Shown here one piece after another: positions 39,240 through 51,172 of a stretch of DNA of 64,000 nt (position 1 is its first letter; each line of letters opens with the position of its first letter). The position numbers and the translations under genes were made by a program. The notes beneath the pieces were generated by a model. The model searched no databases and was not told where the DNA came from. It saw only the letters and a list, made by a program, of their open reading frames with translations. Source of the stretch: Fistulifera solaris (lineage: Eukaryota); assembly GCA_030295235.1 (NCBI GenBank), contig AP026128.1, forward strand, positions 620,001 through 684,000, given 5' to 3'.

Positions 39240-40068
39240 CTTCAAAGTTGCCGAATATCAAACTTGGTTTCGTTTGATAAACGATTCTATCGAGGCCTAC
39301 AAACAGTTGGTCTCCTTGTTGCCAACGTCTGCTGCAGTCTCGGTCAGAGTGATACATGGCTCTAGTGTTTACTTCACACATTCTAGCGTGGCTTAAACCC
39401 ACTGCAACCTTCGGATATAACCTGCTATTGGGCGATAAGTCCTTTTACGGTCCATTCGCGTAGAAAAGAGTTTTTTCTCGTAGTTTCTCTGCAGTGATAG
39501 CCTGCCCAGCAATGATTTAATTCGTGACTGAAATGTCTTCACTTTGGCTGTATACTCCGAGTAGTAAATACAAAAAATTACGATCTCCACGGCCTTTATA
39601 GATAGGATAGTATCAATTCTTGCAAACATACCTCTTCTAAAGTAATGGAATTATATTGAAACCCAATAATAGGTTTACATACTACATACTACGAGAACGA
39701 ACGATGATAATAAGTTATCATTGTGACTCGCGGTCGCGGAAGAAAATGACTCATGACTGAAATGCAGTCGTGGCAAAGTTGAGATACACTTCGGCGATAC
39801 AGCAAAACTCGTCATCTCTAACTCTAACCCTCGTCTGCCGAAACACAACGGGATAAATTTATAAAAAAAAACGCAGGGACACGCCATTATTATTTCATCG
39901 TTTCGGACAATGCCAAAGGCCAAGGAGTAGAGAGAGTATTAGTTCTTCTTTGCTATTCCAACTGTGCTTGTTATCTCTTCTCTTCTCTCGCCAAGAGCAG
40001 TGGGGACGATTCATGCGGGGCGTATCATTCGTTTCAATTAGCCCTGTATTTTTTCTCTTCATGCGTTC

Positions 40069-41145
40069 ATGAGAGACCGCCGTGTCATGTCGATGGCTTT
40101 GGTAAAAGCCCGTGAAAGATTTTTGCAGCTCGTCACAGTTCTCTTACTGCTACTGCACTTTGTTCGATGCTCATGGGCCTGGCAACCAGAATCGATTCCG
40201 TCTCGCCACCACCACAACGTCCTACTCTCGCTCATTCGATCCGTCGGTTGGGAGCCGGAAACGGTGGAAGTACGACACCTCGACCAAGAGAAATCAGCAT
40301 TTTGTAACACTGTTTATCGTTTGACCACTTCCTGTGAGAACAGTGACACGACAATCACCATTGCCAAAATATTCTCGCCATTGGCCCTCGAGCGGATGAC
40401 ACATTCCGTCGGGGCGATGGATTCGTATGTGGCAGCACAGGGACTCGCCCCTCGTATTCTGGCCACTAGCAACGACGGCTTACTCATGGAATTCTGTGAA
40501 AGTTACTCAACCGACAGGAGCTTTCGGTGCATGGACGAACGGAACGACACTCTTTGTGCGATTGCCTTGGCGAAATTGCACTCGTTGCCTCCGCTCGTGC
40601 CAGTCAACTCACAGATAGATGAGAACATGCTCTGGAGATCGTGTCGGATACTGATGATGCATGTAAACGAAAGCTGGCTATGTCGTACCAGTGCTCGAAG
40701 TGACGGTTGGACCAAAGAGATGCTTGATACCGAAATGAGACTCCAACAATTTCTGCTTTCTCGGAAGGCCTTAGTGGAAGTGCCTATAGCACATGGTGAT
40801 TGTAAACCATCCAATTTAATTTGTCAACAAGAACGAGCCTTCTTTATTGATCTTGAACTGTGCGGACGCAATTATCGATCATACGACCTCGCGAAATTGC
40901 TACGGAATGATGGAGACCCTACCTTGATGAATAGTTTGTCCCGTCGGATACGCTTTCTCTCTGCCTATGCAGAGCAAATCGATACCGATATTGATCAGCT
41001 TCAGTTCGAGCTGAATGAGATTTTGCCTTTGACATGGTTAGAGGCGGCCATCTTTTTCGCTGCGATGGAATCCGTTGATCCAATGAACAAAGACAAATGG
41101 AACTCTTTGGCAGCATCTCGGTTACGAAGCTATGAAACGTGTTGA
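40069..41145 (+). CDS. Choline/ethanolamine kinase-like phosphotransferase
   Basis: LAKLHSL; Brenner motif HGDCKPSNL; FIDLELCGRNYRSYDLA. Confidence 0.8.
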   Translation: MRDRRVMSMALVKARERFLQLVTVLLLLLHFVRCSWAWQPESIPSRHHHNVLLSLIRSVGWEPETVEVRHLDQEKSAFCNTVYRLTTSCENSDTTITIAKIFSPLALERMTHSVGAMDSYVAAQGLAPRILATSNDGLLMEFCESYSTDRSFRCMDERNDTLCAIALAKLHSLPPLVPVNSQIDENMLWRSCRILMMHVNESWLCRTSARSDGWTKEMLDTEMRLQQFLLSRKALVEVPIAHGDCKPSNLICQQERAFFIDLELCGRNYRSYDLAKLLRNDGDPTLMNSLSRRIRFLSAYAEQIDTDIDQLQFELNEILPLTWLEAAIFFAAMESVDPMNKDKWNSLAASRLRSYETC

Positions 41146-41319
41146 CGCTCAATACGGTAAGAGCTGCTATGAGACTGTTTAATAAAACAAAGGTCACTGC
41201 ATCGCCCCGCGCTTGCTATTATTCCACTTAGAAAAAGGTAGCTCCTCGCACATTTAAAATCTACCATTAAAATTTGACTCAGCCCCTATAGTCCGCTTCT
41301 AAATCACTTTTTATGATTA

Positions 41320-41983
41320 TCATACGCAACAACATGAATGCTCCTCGTTAATCGGGTAATTCTCTGGAGTCATGATTCCGTGTTGAACTTCTATCACGAA
41401 AAAGTAGTGGGGGTAAGCGAAAAACGCAGAATATACCAAACCAGCAATGTTAAGAGTCAAAATCGAAAATAAACATTCCACAACGTAAACCGCGAAGCAG
41501 GCCCCGACCATGAATATCTAGGAAGAGAGGTAAATGGAGGATAACATTTGAGAACAATGGGTTGGGGAAGACAGACTCCCAACTTTGAAGCAAACTTACG
41601 TCGAATCGAAAAGCTCCGTACATTCCCATAAAACTGAATAAAATTTTCGCTGCAGTCACTGCTAGAACAACAATGATACCGGCGTCGTCGAAGCCAACAA
41701 TTGCGTCTTCTAAATCATCGTCGGTCGCCCCTACTGAACTCGCTCCAGCAATCGTAAGGATCGACAAAAATCCAAGGGCAAGTAACGAGGCATTGACAAT
41801 ATTGACGATTATCACAGCTCGTCGCATATCGCAACAGCCACCGCAGAACTTGTGACCCTGCTTCATGCCGATGCGGTGTGGATAAACGCGCATTCCTTCG
41901 TCATATTGATATTCCTCTTTCGCTGTGGACGCCAGCGAAAAATCAGTGTCTGCGGCAGCTAATTGATCCTGGTCATAAGCCAT
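41320..41983 (-). CDS. Small multi-pass membrane protein
   Basis: GHKFCGGCCDMRRAVIIVNIV and a C-terminal YP..EEHSCCCV; two exons with an intron at about 41519-41600. Confidence 0.75.
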
Positions 41984-42684
41984 TCTTTATTATAATCGAT
42001 TGTGTTTATGAATGCATTCAGTTTTAGAAACAAAAGGATCACAACTTATCAATTTTGTTCGTTGTTATCGGCGTTTTATTTAGCGACCCGTGCAATATCC
42101 TCTATAGAGGAAGAAGTAGAGAGCGAGTCGAGACGACGTTCGCAACTATATGGAAACGTATCAGTGCGACTCCTTAGCGATACGCGCTTCCTTTGTTGTT
42201 TCTCGTGACTGACTCGTGACTCGTGAAATGACGTTTGGCATGTTGCCTGCTGGCTGTCGGTTAAGAAGTACTATTTGCATCTATTCTAAATTTAACTTTC
42301 TGGATTGCGTAATTGTTGGCATTACTTTTTTGTGTCAAGTTGTTCGTTCTAATGATTGTTCTTTATTGTCCAGACATAGGACATAGGACATCGGAAATAT
42401 TAGAATAAAGATTGTTGACTGGGAAAATGGAAAATACCAGGTACAGTACTCGGAACTCGGAACTCAGAACAATAACTTGCCCTACACTATATTAGAAAGT
42501 ACACCATTTTGCTACCTTAGTACTATATACTATATAACATATAATCAGTAGTAGGGACCACAGAATACCGCCGAACACATAGAATAAGAGCCAAGGCTAT
42601 TGGAAAGGTCATTTACAGTCATAGTCATTGACAACATTTCAACGAAAACAAAAGTATCTTTCGATCTTTCGTTTTCCGGGGAAG

Positions 42685-42753
42685 GACGTTAAAATTCTGC
42701 CTCTCAGTACAAGTTTCTACGTAGAGCCTACGGCGAGGCAGAATTTTAACGTC
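42685..42753. repeat. Perfect 19-bp inverted repeat with 31-nt loop
   Basis: GACGTTAAAATTCTGCCTC (42685-42703) and GAGGCAGAATTTTAACGTC (42735-42753). Confidence 0.9.
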
Positions 42754-42860
42754 GTTTGCGCAATGCAACATGTACGCGACAAGCGACACCTTCAAGCCGC
42801 AATGATTTCTCATAAACTGAACGCGAGGTCAAAGTATCAAAGCAACGAGTAATCATCACC

Positions 42861-43454
42861 ATGGGCATTAACAAGAACACCCTCTTTGTCTGGGATGGAA
42901 TCCTTGAAGTCCACGATGCGTCTCAGCGGGGCGTCTACGACGTGGTTTGGCACGGAACCTTGGTGGCGAACGAATTCTCTCCCGATGCTACGAGAGTAGA
43001 AGCGCCGAAGCGCAACGCTTTCAAAGAGTTTTGCGATTCGGATCTTCTCTTTCGAGTAACCGGTCAGGCGAGACCTGTTGATCTCGTGATGAATGAAGAC
43101 AAGTTCAAGTCTTATCGCATTCGTCTCACCGAAGGACCCGGTTGGGACCTTGACGGTCAGAAGCACCATGACATTGACCACGAGGTCATCAGCAGCTTGC
43201 AATGGCAAGGTAGCTCTGATTCTCGCAAGAGCCTCGTCTTTGCGACCGGTGGTGACTCTTACGGCAAATTCATCTCCGTGGGATGGATGCGACCTGGCAA
43301 CCGCATCACCTTGGCCCGCCGTTATGTCAGCGACAATCGCGCCGATTGGTCCGCAGAAACCTTGCGCAAGGAAACGCTGAAGTTAATCTATGACGATGAA
43401 GAAGAGGAATGCGTCATGCCTCCGTGGCAGTGCAGCGTCTTCAGTGCTCATTAA
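42861..43454 (+). CDS. Hypothetical protein (197 aa)
   Basis: Intact ORF with C/G-biased third positions; G.FISVGWMRPGNRITLARRY motif. Confidence 0.8.
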   Translation: MGINKNTLFVWDGILEVHDASQRGVYDVVWHGTLVANEFSPDATRVEAPKRNAFKEFCDSDLLFRVTGQARPVDLVMNEDKFKSYRIRLTEGPGWDLDGQKHHDIDHEVISSLQWQGSSDSRKSLVFATGGDSYGKFISVGWMRPGNRITLARRYVSDNRADWSAETLRKETLKLIYDDEEEECVMPPWQCSVFSAH

Positions 43455-43816
43455 GCAGCGCTGTTCGTCGGCCTCGGTCCTTCGCCAGTCAATAGTTTGT
43501 AATTGAAATAGAACGTTTTTCAAAAAAATGAAAGTCTGAGATATCAATGCATGACCACATTAGAGGAGTCGTTAGGGTTTCGTGAAGCAGGATAAGATAC
43601 CAGGTACGGAGTTACTTATGAGCATCCGACATTCTTCGTTTACCTTAGTTCGACCTACCATTCGGGTCAAATGAGTTTCTGAGTACTATAAAATATATAG
43701 GACACGATTACTATATACATAAGTGTGTTTCTACGACAGAAATCGTATACCGTTTGAAGCGACACCTTGCCTTTCCCACTGAACACATTTTTTCTTCACG
43801 ACATTATCGCGCAAAA

Positions 43817-45554
43817 ATGCATCCGAACATGGCGACTCGACGACGCAGCAGTGAAATCAATTCTGGGCGAGCTTGTGTTGTTTTGCACCATTCAAACAAG
43901 CGACGAAGGAGTGATAGATCGGTGCAAAACAACACAAGCAGAGCCCCGGAGTGCGAAGATATTTGGTCGGTTGTCGTGGCATTGTTTCGTCATGCCACTC
44001 CCGGTATCTGGTGGCGATTATTGCCAGAAAACAATAAAAACGATGATATTTCCTACGCAACTTCAGTCGATTGGGAGAACATATGTCCTTTATTGATTTA
44101 TGTCAAAATTTTGGAGAAGAAATTGGTTTTGGGAGTCGAAAACCTTTTTGTGATGAAAGAAGCGCTTGATACACTCGTGGACAAGATGGGGCGAAAGAAA
44201 ATTCATATTTCCACCTATCGCCCACCACACAGCAAGCAGGCTTTCTACTTTTGTGTTGGGCAACCTTTGTATTCTAAGGTCAAGGAATGTGCCCGTATGG
44301 ATGCTTCTGAGTTAGCTCCGGGACCTCCCGGGATGACCGATGACAAGCTCCGCAAAAATGCCGCCTTGCTTCAGACGTACTCCGCGAACACCAAATCGAG
44401 CATGTACGCCCAGCAAATGAACAAGAAAATCTGCACTTACTAGCTAACGCTGTTCTTGAACAAGAACAAGAACAAGAAATCTTTGCTGTGCCATTATCGA
44501 GAGAAGATGAGATCGAAAACGCCATCACATATGCACTGGCGCTTGCATTCGAAAGGGTTCCGCGCTACGTTCGTCAATCGGACGACAAAATCACCTTGGC
44601 GTTGTTGCAAGGCCCAAGAAGTCGAAAGATTTTGACGGAAGAGTCTTTATGAAAAGGGTTAGTAAAGAGAAAGAGTACAGCCGAGCAACACCAAGTTACA
44701 AGTTTCACGACAGCATTTCGATCAACAACGAGATCAAGAACGGCTCTTGGAGAGCCCTTTACAATGATTTGAAAGACATCTGCGGTGATATGACAGTGGG
44801 CGAGTTTTTCGATGCACTTTCCGATTTCTATGAGCTTCGCGACGAAGTGGCTGCAGTCCTGCAATTTCGCAACACAGTCACAAAGAGACCTTTAGACGAG
44901 GATGATCAGCTGTGTGACTTCGACATCAAAGAGCTTGAAGTTCGTTGCTATTACCCGGCAGGGCATAAAGTCGAGGTGGACATTTCCTGTGATTCTTCCT
45001 TCATGCTGAGCATTATGCACCAAGTCGGTCAAGCACTTCGAGAAAAATTTCACTGGGTGGACAAGAACGAGAAAATTTATCTGGTGATGGATAACGCAGG
45101 AGGACACGGAACACAGCTAGCCAAAGAAGAATACAGACGAAAATTGGAGAGCGAATACAACGTTGAGATTGTCTGGCAAGTTCCTCGGTCGCCCGAAACA
45201 AACATGCTTGATCTCGGAGTCTGGATGAGCATTCAAAACAAGGTCGAAAAGGTTCATCACGGAAAACGACCCGATTGCGATGCGCTTGCACGATCAATTG
45301 AAGAGGCATGGGAGCACCATCTTTCACCTCAAGCATTTCTAAACGTGTGGAAGCGATTGCGGCGTGTTTTGAAATTGATTGTGGACGACAAAGGCGGCAA
45401 CAATCTGGTCGAGTCGGAACGAGGCAAACTCTTCAGAGACCCAACGATTGACGATTTGCTGAACGCCCACAACGACACAAACGACGAAGATCAAGAGAAC
45501 AACAACGAAAATGAGAATGACGAAGCAAGCGACGAAGAGAATGACAACGAGTAA
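43817..45554 (+). pseudogene. DD39D mariner transposase remnant
   Basis: LGVVARP...FDGRVF, then MDNAGGHG-(39 aa)-QVPRSPETNMLDLGVW. The N-terminal ORF (43817-44443) is out of frame, and no HTH or first catalytic Asp (DEKWF-type) is visible. Confidence 0.85.
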
Positions 45555-45839
45555 CAATCAAATGAATGGTTTGAAGAGCTTTATTTAATCTTGCTGCGAT
45601 CGGCATTTCATGGGGGAGACTTCCGTTAGGTCTCCAACCAGGGTGAACCTCTTCCGATAGCTCTCCCGTTAGGAGAGACGTTAACTGACTACATTCAACT
45701 TTACAGTAGAGTACGCGCCATTGGATGTGGTACTAATTACTTAGAATCTACTTAGGTTGCTCGATAAAGTAACAAAGCCTTATGAATGACAGTCCCGGAT
45801 GATTCATGAATCACCCCTCTAAGATAACCAAATCCTCAA

Positions 45840-45992
45840 TAAACAATAGTCAGCGAGCGCGACCGCTCTTGATAAAGAAAAAGTCAGCGAGCGCGACCGC
45901 TCTCAATTGTCAATAAAGAAAAACCAGCCTACGTGACCCTGATGCAGCGAGCGACCTTCCAATAAAGAAAAACCCAGCCTACGTGACCTTCC
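45840..45992. repeat. Subterminal direct repeats of the MULE
   Basis: AGTCAGCGAGCGCGACCGCTCT x2 and CAATAAAGAAAAACC(C)AGCCTACGTGACC x2. Confidence 0.85.
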
Positions 45993-46107
45993 ACCGATCA
46001 AGGCTTTCGTCGAAAACTACTTCGTGTAAATAATCAAAACCCAATCTACACAATTTCAGTTTCAAACTAGACTTGGTTGATTAATATCACACATTACTCT
46101 ATACGTG

Positions 46108-49100
46108 TCATTCAGCCAATTGAAACATAACATCAAATACAAAAGGTCGGAGATCATCTCCGACTCCAATCTCCGAAATAGAGTCAAGGAACCATGTCCT
46201 CTCATTGAGGGCACGTCGACCATGTTTCAGAATTGTCGCCGCATAAAAACATACATATGGTCCGCAACTATGGCCATCATGTTGCAATAGTTTATTGGGA
46301 AGACGCATTTCTTGGTATTCCCACGGAGCTAAATCGGGTAATGTTGATTCCTGCTGCTCGCTTGTTGACGCGCATTCTAATTGCTGCCTCACCGCGCGAA
46401 TTTAAATAAACCTGAAAGCCAGACAGCATTAGAGTAGTGATCGTCCGGATCTTCGAGGGAGTCGAGCGAATAAATAACTCGATTATCGGCATCAACCACC
46501 ATCAACCACCAGTGCCTCTCCTTGCACATAGGGAATAAATGAATGCCCAAATTGTTCGATTTTGTCATAGAATTCAATGCCACAAACGCTGAACTAAGCT
46601 GCAGTCTACCCTCTCTCTTAATATTTTGGTTGGCGGAATCCCACAGATTACTCATGACATACGACGGGTGTGCAATAACTCCCTCATCCGTTCACGGTCT
46701 TGCTTGTTATGCTTTCAAGGAAACTGTTCACAATCGCGTCATTGAAATAACATTGCGAGTTCATAATTTCAAGGCATTCACTGGTTATGGATGCCGTGGC
46801 ACCACTTAGCACCTTGATATGATGCTTCTTTCCCTCTTCAGGTCGTGACGACTCAGCGACCTTTATCAACGCCCTTTGCACTGGATTGCAAAAAGGAGTG
46901 ACCGAAGAGATCCCCTGGCATCTTCTTTGTTGTAAATCAGATCGTTTCCATTCTTTCTTGTCCCTACAGTGATAAATGATTCTATTCCACTTCTTTCCTT
47001 TTGCTGTCTCTGCAAGAGTATTCCGCTGCGTGGATTGCAATATTGTTCTCACTCACAAGTCCTCGCTGGTTTGCTTCTGCGTTTTCGGGTTGAAGCCCTT
47101 CTTTTCATCGTTAAATCATTTGTTTCCGTTTCCGTAAATGATTCTGGAATATCAAACTCGTGTTCTTGAACCAAACAATTTAATTGCTCAATGGTTCCCA
47201 CAAATGGATAAGCTGTGTCGTAAAAATAGGATACGATCTTTGATGGTTCATCAGTAATGACTGGGGGTTGCAAAGGGGCTACTCCAATTTGCCTTACTTG
47301 TTGTCGACGTAATGAAAATTGATTTTCATTTCTGGGATCTACAATCTTACGTCTCAGGTCGAAGGGTGTTCTCAAGAATTGTGATGAGGTCCCACTAGTG
47401 GCAGTAGCGGGACTTGTTATAGCTCTCACGAAGTTCTTCTGGTTTTCGGAATACCCACTGAAAATGAACTTGAGAGCGCTTCATTTTGTGCCAAGTTCTT
47501 TCTTCGCAGATCTAGCGGCATTTTCAGGAAATGCGACGAATCGTCACTGAGATTACCGGATTTGGCGGGACTTGCATTCTTCTTTTGGATGTCTAATCGC
47601 CTTTTAAATACATGTGATGAATCGTCACTAGCAGACGTGGGCGGGACTTGCATTAGTGGGTTCTGTCTTCGGTATCTTTATAATCATATCTTCAGGAATC
47701 GTGATACTTCGGTTGTTGGACTGTTTGAATGAGATCTTGGCAGTGCTCTCAGATTACCCCTCTTCATAGTTGGCATCTCAACTATGGAAGAAACTGCTGT
47801 GGCGGGACTTCCTGCTTTTGCTTCTGCAATCGGTGGCGGTTTCAACTTCTTTTTTACGGGCATGAGTCGGGCCTTTGGCTCTGGAATTTGCTGTCAGTTT
47901 CGATCTTTTCCTTTTTTGTGTTGTATTCTCATTCATTGAAGACTTCGATAGTCAAGGCATGAGCTCTGATATCAGGTGGTGGCTTCAGATTTTGACTCTT
48001 CATGGTCGGCCTCTCAAAGATTGACGAATCAGTTGTGGCGGGACTTGTTCCTTCAGCTTTTTGATTTGGTGGCTGTTTCGGCCGTTTTCCTCTTTCTCGT
48101 TGCCATTTTGACTAATGAAAAATCTGTTGTTGCTGGACTGGAAGCACAAGCTGTTGTGGTCGGCGGTGGTTTCAAATTCGGTCTGGATGCGGTCGCTGTC
48201 TTCAATATCGATGACTTTGCGGTAGATGGACTTGCCTTCTGCGCTTTTTAAATTCGTTACTTGTTTGGATCTCCTCTTTGTTCTAGTTGTTGGCATTTCA
48301 TTTACTGAATATTCTGTTGTTGCGGGACTTGAGGCAAAAGCATTATGTGCGGTGCTTGGTTCCACATCTTCATCCTCTAGAATTGTCGACAGATGACCCG
48401 AGTGTGCACTGTTCAGACGGGAATCGTCATGGATGCCTACCTCGACATCATCAACCATGGTCAATTCTTGTTCGTGACTTCTTCTTTCCGTGTAATCCTT
48501 GTCACGAATAATTACTACAATATCTCGGTTACTACCTGACGGAGCAAGGTCCATATCCAGAAGATAGTTATTTTCGTTGTCGCCTTCAGCGTGAATTTCT
48601 GCAGCGTCTTCTCCAGTAAGCTTTAAAATCCGTGACTGGACAATGGCATTGGCTGCATCAGAGTCTTCTACTAAGCCAATCTTGTCAATATTGTGAAGGC
48701 CATGTCCTCCGGAGGTATCATCGTTGTCCAAATCTTCAGAAGTAATTCCTGCATCCATGTCAATGACGCATGTTGGGAAATGGTTGACCAGAATTGCGCC
48801 AGTTTCAAGTAATGCAGGATCCATGTACCTTCGATCATCTTTGAGGTAGTCCAGACACTGTCGAATTGTGTGATTCGGTGATCTGCAGTGAAAGCAGTGC
48901 CGAGGTAAGGGCTTGCCGTCTCTCACGTTCGTCCAAGAGTTGATTCTAGCTGTTGCATGTGTTCCGCCTTTGGTTTGGTCCCAAAATCAAACAGACCATC
49001 GGCGGCAATCGCTTCTGCTATTGCATCGTTATTTCGACTGAGCTTGTTCTTTGAACTTGGCTCATACTCCTTTGTCATTCGTGCTGATTCCAGCGCCCGA

Positions 49101-51172
49101 TTGCTTCTTTTTCTTTGACTTACGTGGTCCCGGTTCACCATTACTGATTATTCTGTTCCCCGAGTTAAGCTTGTCAGTGTAAGTTGGTGATGGATAAATG
49201 TTTTCTGATTGATAAGCAAGCTTGATATCCCCAAATCCCGGGACGTCAAGTCGCCGGATAGTTGTTAAGAAACTCTGTAAGGAAGCTGACGATCACCACT
49301 TGTCGGAACTTTTCCAAACTCTTCGTAGAATTGCGAAAACACAGAGGGTGGGATTGAGGGCCAAGTTGAGGATCTTGTACGTGAAACAAGGTTGATGTGG
49401 CCGCAGTAGATTTCCGCATCGCTGTTCTACTGCAGGAGCAGTACAGGGACGGAGTGCTCGTGGGTTCATAAGTAACATACTCCGTCTTCTTGTGCTTTTC
49501 AGCGTACAATTTGAATTTCAAACTGCCATCGGGCATCCTTCAGCATCCTCTATTACAAAATCTAGATCTTCATTGCCTGTATCTTGCAAGCTTCGAAAGT
49601 ATATGGTGAGGAACCTAGCAGATTTGGTTGTTATTTCATCTCCGAAATTGTCGAAGAGATTCGGCAGCCGCCATCAAAAAGTTAGAAATGGCTAGTGGAG
49701 GGGTATTAGTCCTCACTTCATGATGTAGAAGCCACTGCTGGGCCGATTCGACATGATTTGTTGAACAGAAACCATATAAAGGGAACTTGTTTCCAACTGG
49801 CACGTGATCGTTGAGCAACCACCTCCATTCGTCGACGTCTCCACTTATCTCTGTGAAGCCATTCACTTCAGCTAGATAGGTAAAATATAGGGGCTCCCAC
49901 ATAGATTCATGTTGACTCGGTGTATTTCCAAACACAGTCCAATGAGTAGGATGAATTGTCCCAAGAACATAGATAACAATTCGCGCACCGGTACTAAGAG
50001 TTTCGTTTTCTTCAATTTGTGGAAGCGCTTTGACAAGCTTCTTCGCAGCATCCAAGAAGGCGTTAACATCTGGAGCTTTGCATCTCGCGCGCATAAACCA
50101 AGCGACCGCTCTGCCCTCTCAGCGATCGTTGATTGATATTGAATAGATGGTAAATGTTTGAAGAATATGAATCAAGCAATACTTCACGGAAACAACCAGT
50201 CCATAATGTTCTGCCAACGCTCGGACAGCGGCGAGAATGTGTCCTCGGTCAGTGAATACTGGAAACTCTTCCGAAATTGAACCCAGCTTGATACATCATG
50301 AGAAGGATATATATCATCCCTTGCTTGTTTTCCGAGGGAATCAACCCAAAACCAAGTGGAATGTTACTTCCATTTCCATCGACCCCTATGATCGGGACTC
50401 CAATTCCATCGTGTTCGGGTATACGGATGTGTGTTCCGTCTAAAAGATTGCAGGAATGCAGGCATTTCTAAAGAAGTGCGCCGGCATTCTCAATGAACAC
50501 AGTTGACCGAAAAAAGCATGAGTTCTGGTCAGTTTCTAAATTGACGGAGGCATTTGGATTTAGCTCGACATATTTCCGAAGATACTGGGCCAACAGCTCA
50601 TTGTACATCAACAAATCCTTTCGGGTAGACCTCACGGAAGTGTTTCTTGAGATTTGAATGCATTGTCGGGCCAACTTCGATGTCGAAACCCTCTTTCCTG
50701 AGGACGGCGTTGAGATTCTTGCGAGTAGCATGACTGTCGAAGTTTGGTGCCTGGAAGCATGTTTTGAAGAAGTCTTGAACAGCAGGAATGTTCTGCACTA
50801 TCATTGATTTTCTGCGGCAGTCCTTTGGGAGGTCGTTTGTTGGAGTGCAAAACAAACTGTGCCTGAAGTTAGTACTAGGATGGTCGTGTAGCAATCGAAG
50901 TTCGCCGTTTTCTTCCTTGAACTTAAGTGAGAACGTTTTGCAGCAAGTGCACACGTAGCAAGGGCTTTCTCCGTGCTTGCTGACATCTCGTAAGAGCTTT
51001 CGATCGCATTACACAAAAGCGATGCTGCGGAGAAGCTCCTCGTGATCATCCTCAGGGATCGGTTTGTCATAGAGAAACTTTTCAAAATCATACGGACCGG
51101 TTGGAGGAAGTGCCCCATATTTTTGCATAATCGTGACGAATGATCGCCGCCCTTCGTTTCAATGATCGACAT
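46108..51172 (-). pseudogene. Disrupted MULE transposase-SWIM-zinc knuckle-Ulp1 (peptidase C48) coding region
   Basis: LDGTH...DGNG..IPLGFGLIPSEN...TDRG...YCLIH (about 50450-50170); TNHVES (about 49760); CSC...CGH SWIM (about 49440); CFHCRSPNHTIRQC (about 48860-48900); Ulp1 motifs YFNDAIVN, HWWLMVVD, SLDSL, QHDGHSCGPYVC (46108-46760). Many frameshifts and at least one in-frame TAA (about 51010). Confidence 0.88.

Noticed and set aside
46389..48926. Four GTGA stop/start overlaps between MULE ORFs as translational coupling or splice donors
   Set aside because: Largely a product of the ORF caller allowing GTG starts. At least two are fixed by one extra A in a run, and implied introns would be implausibly short. 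RNA-seq would settle it.
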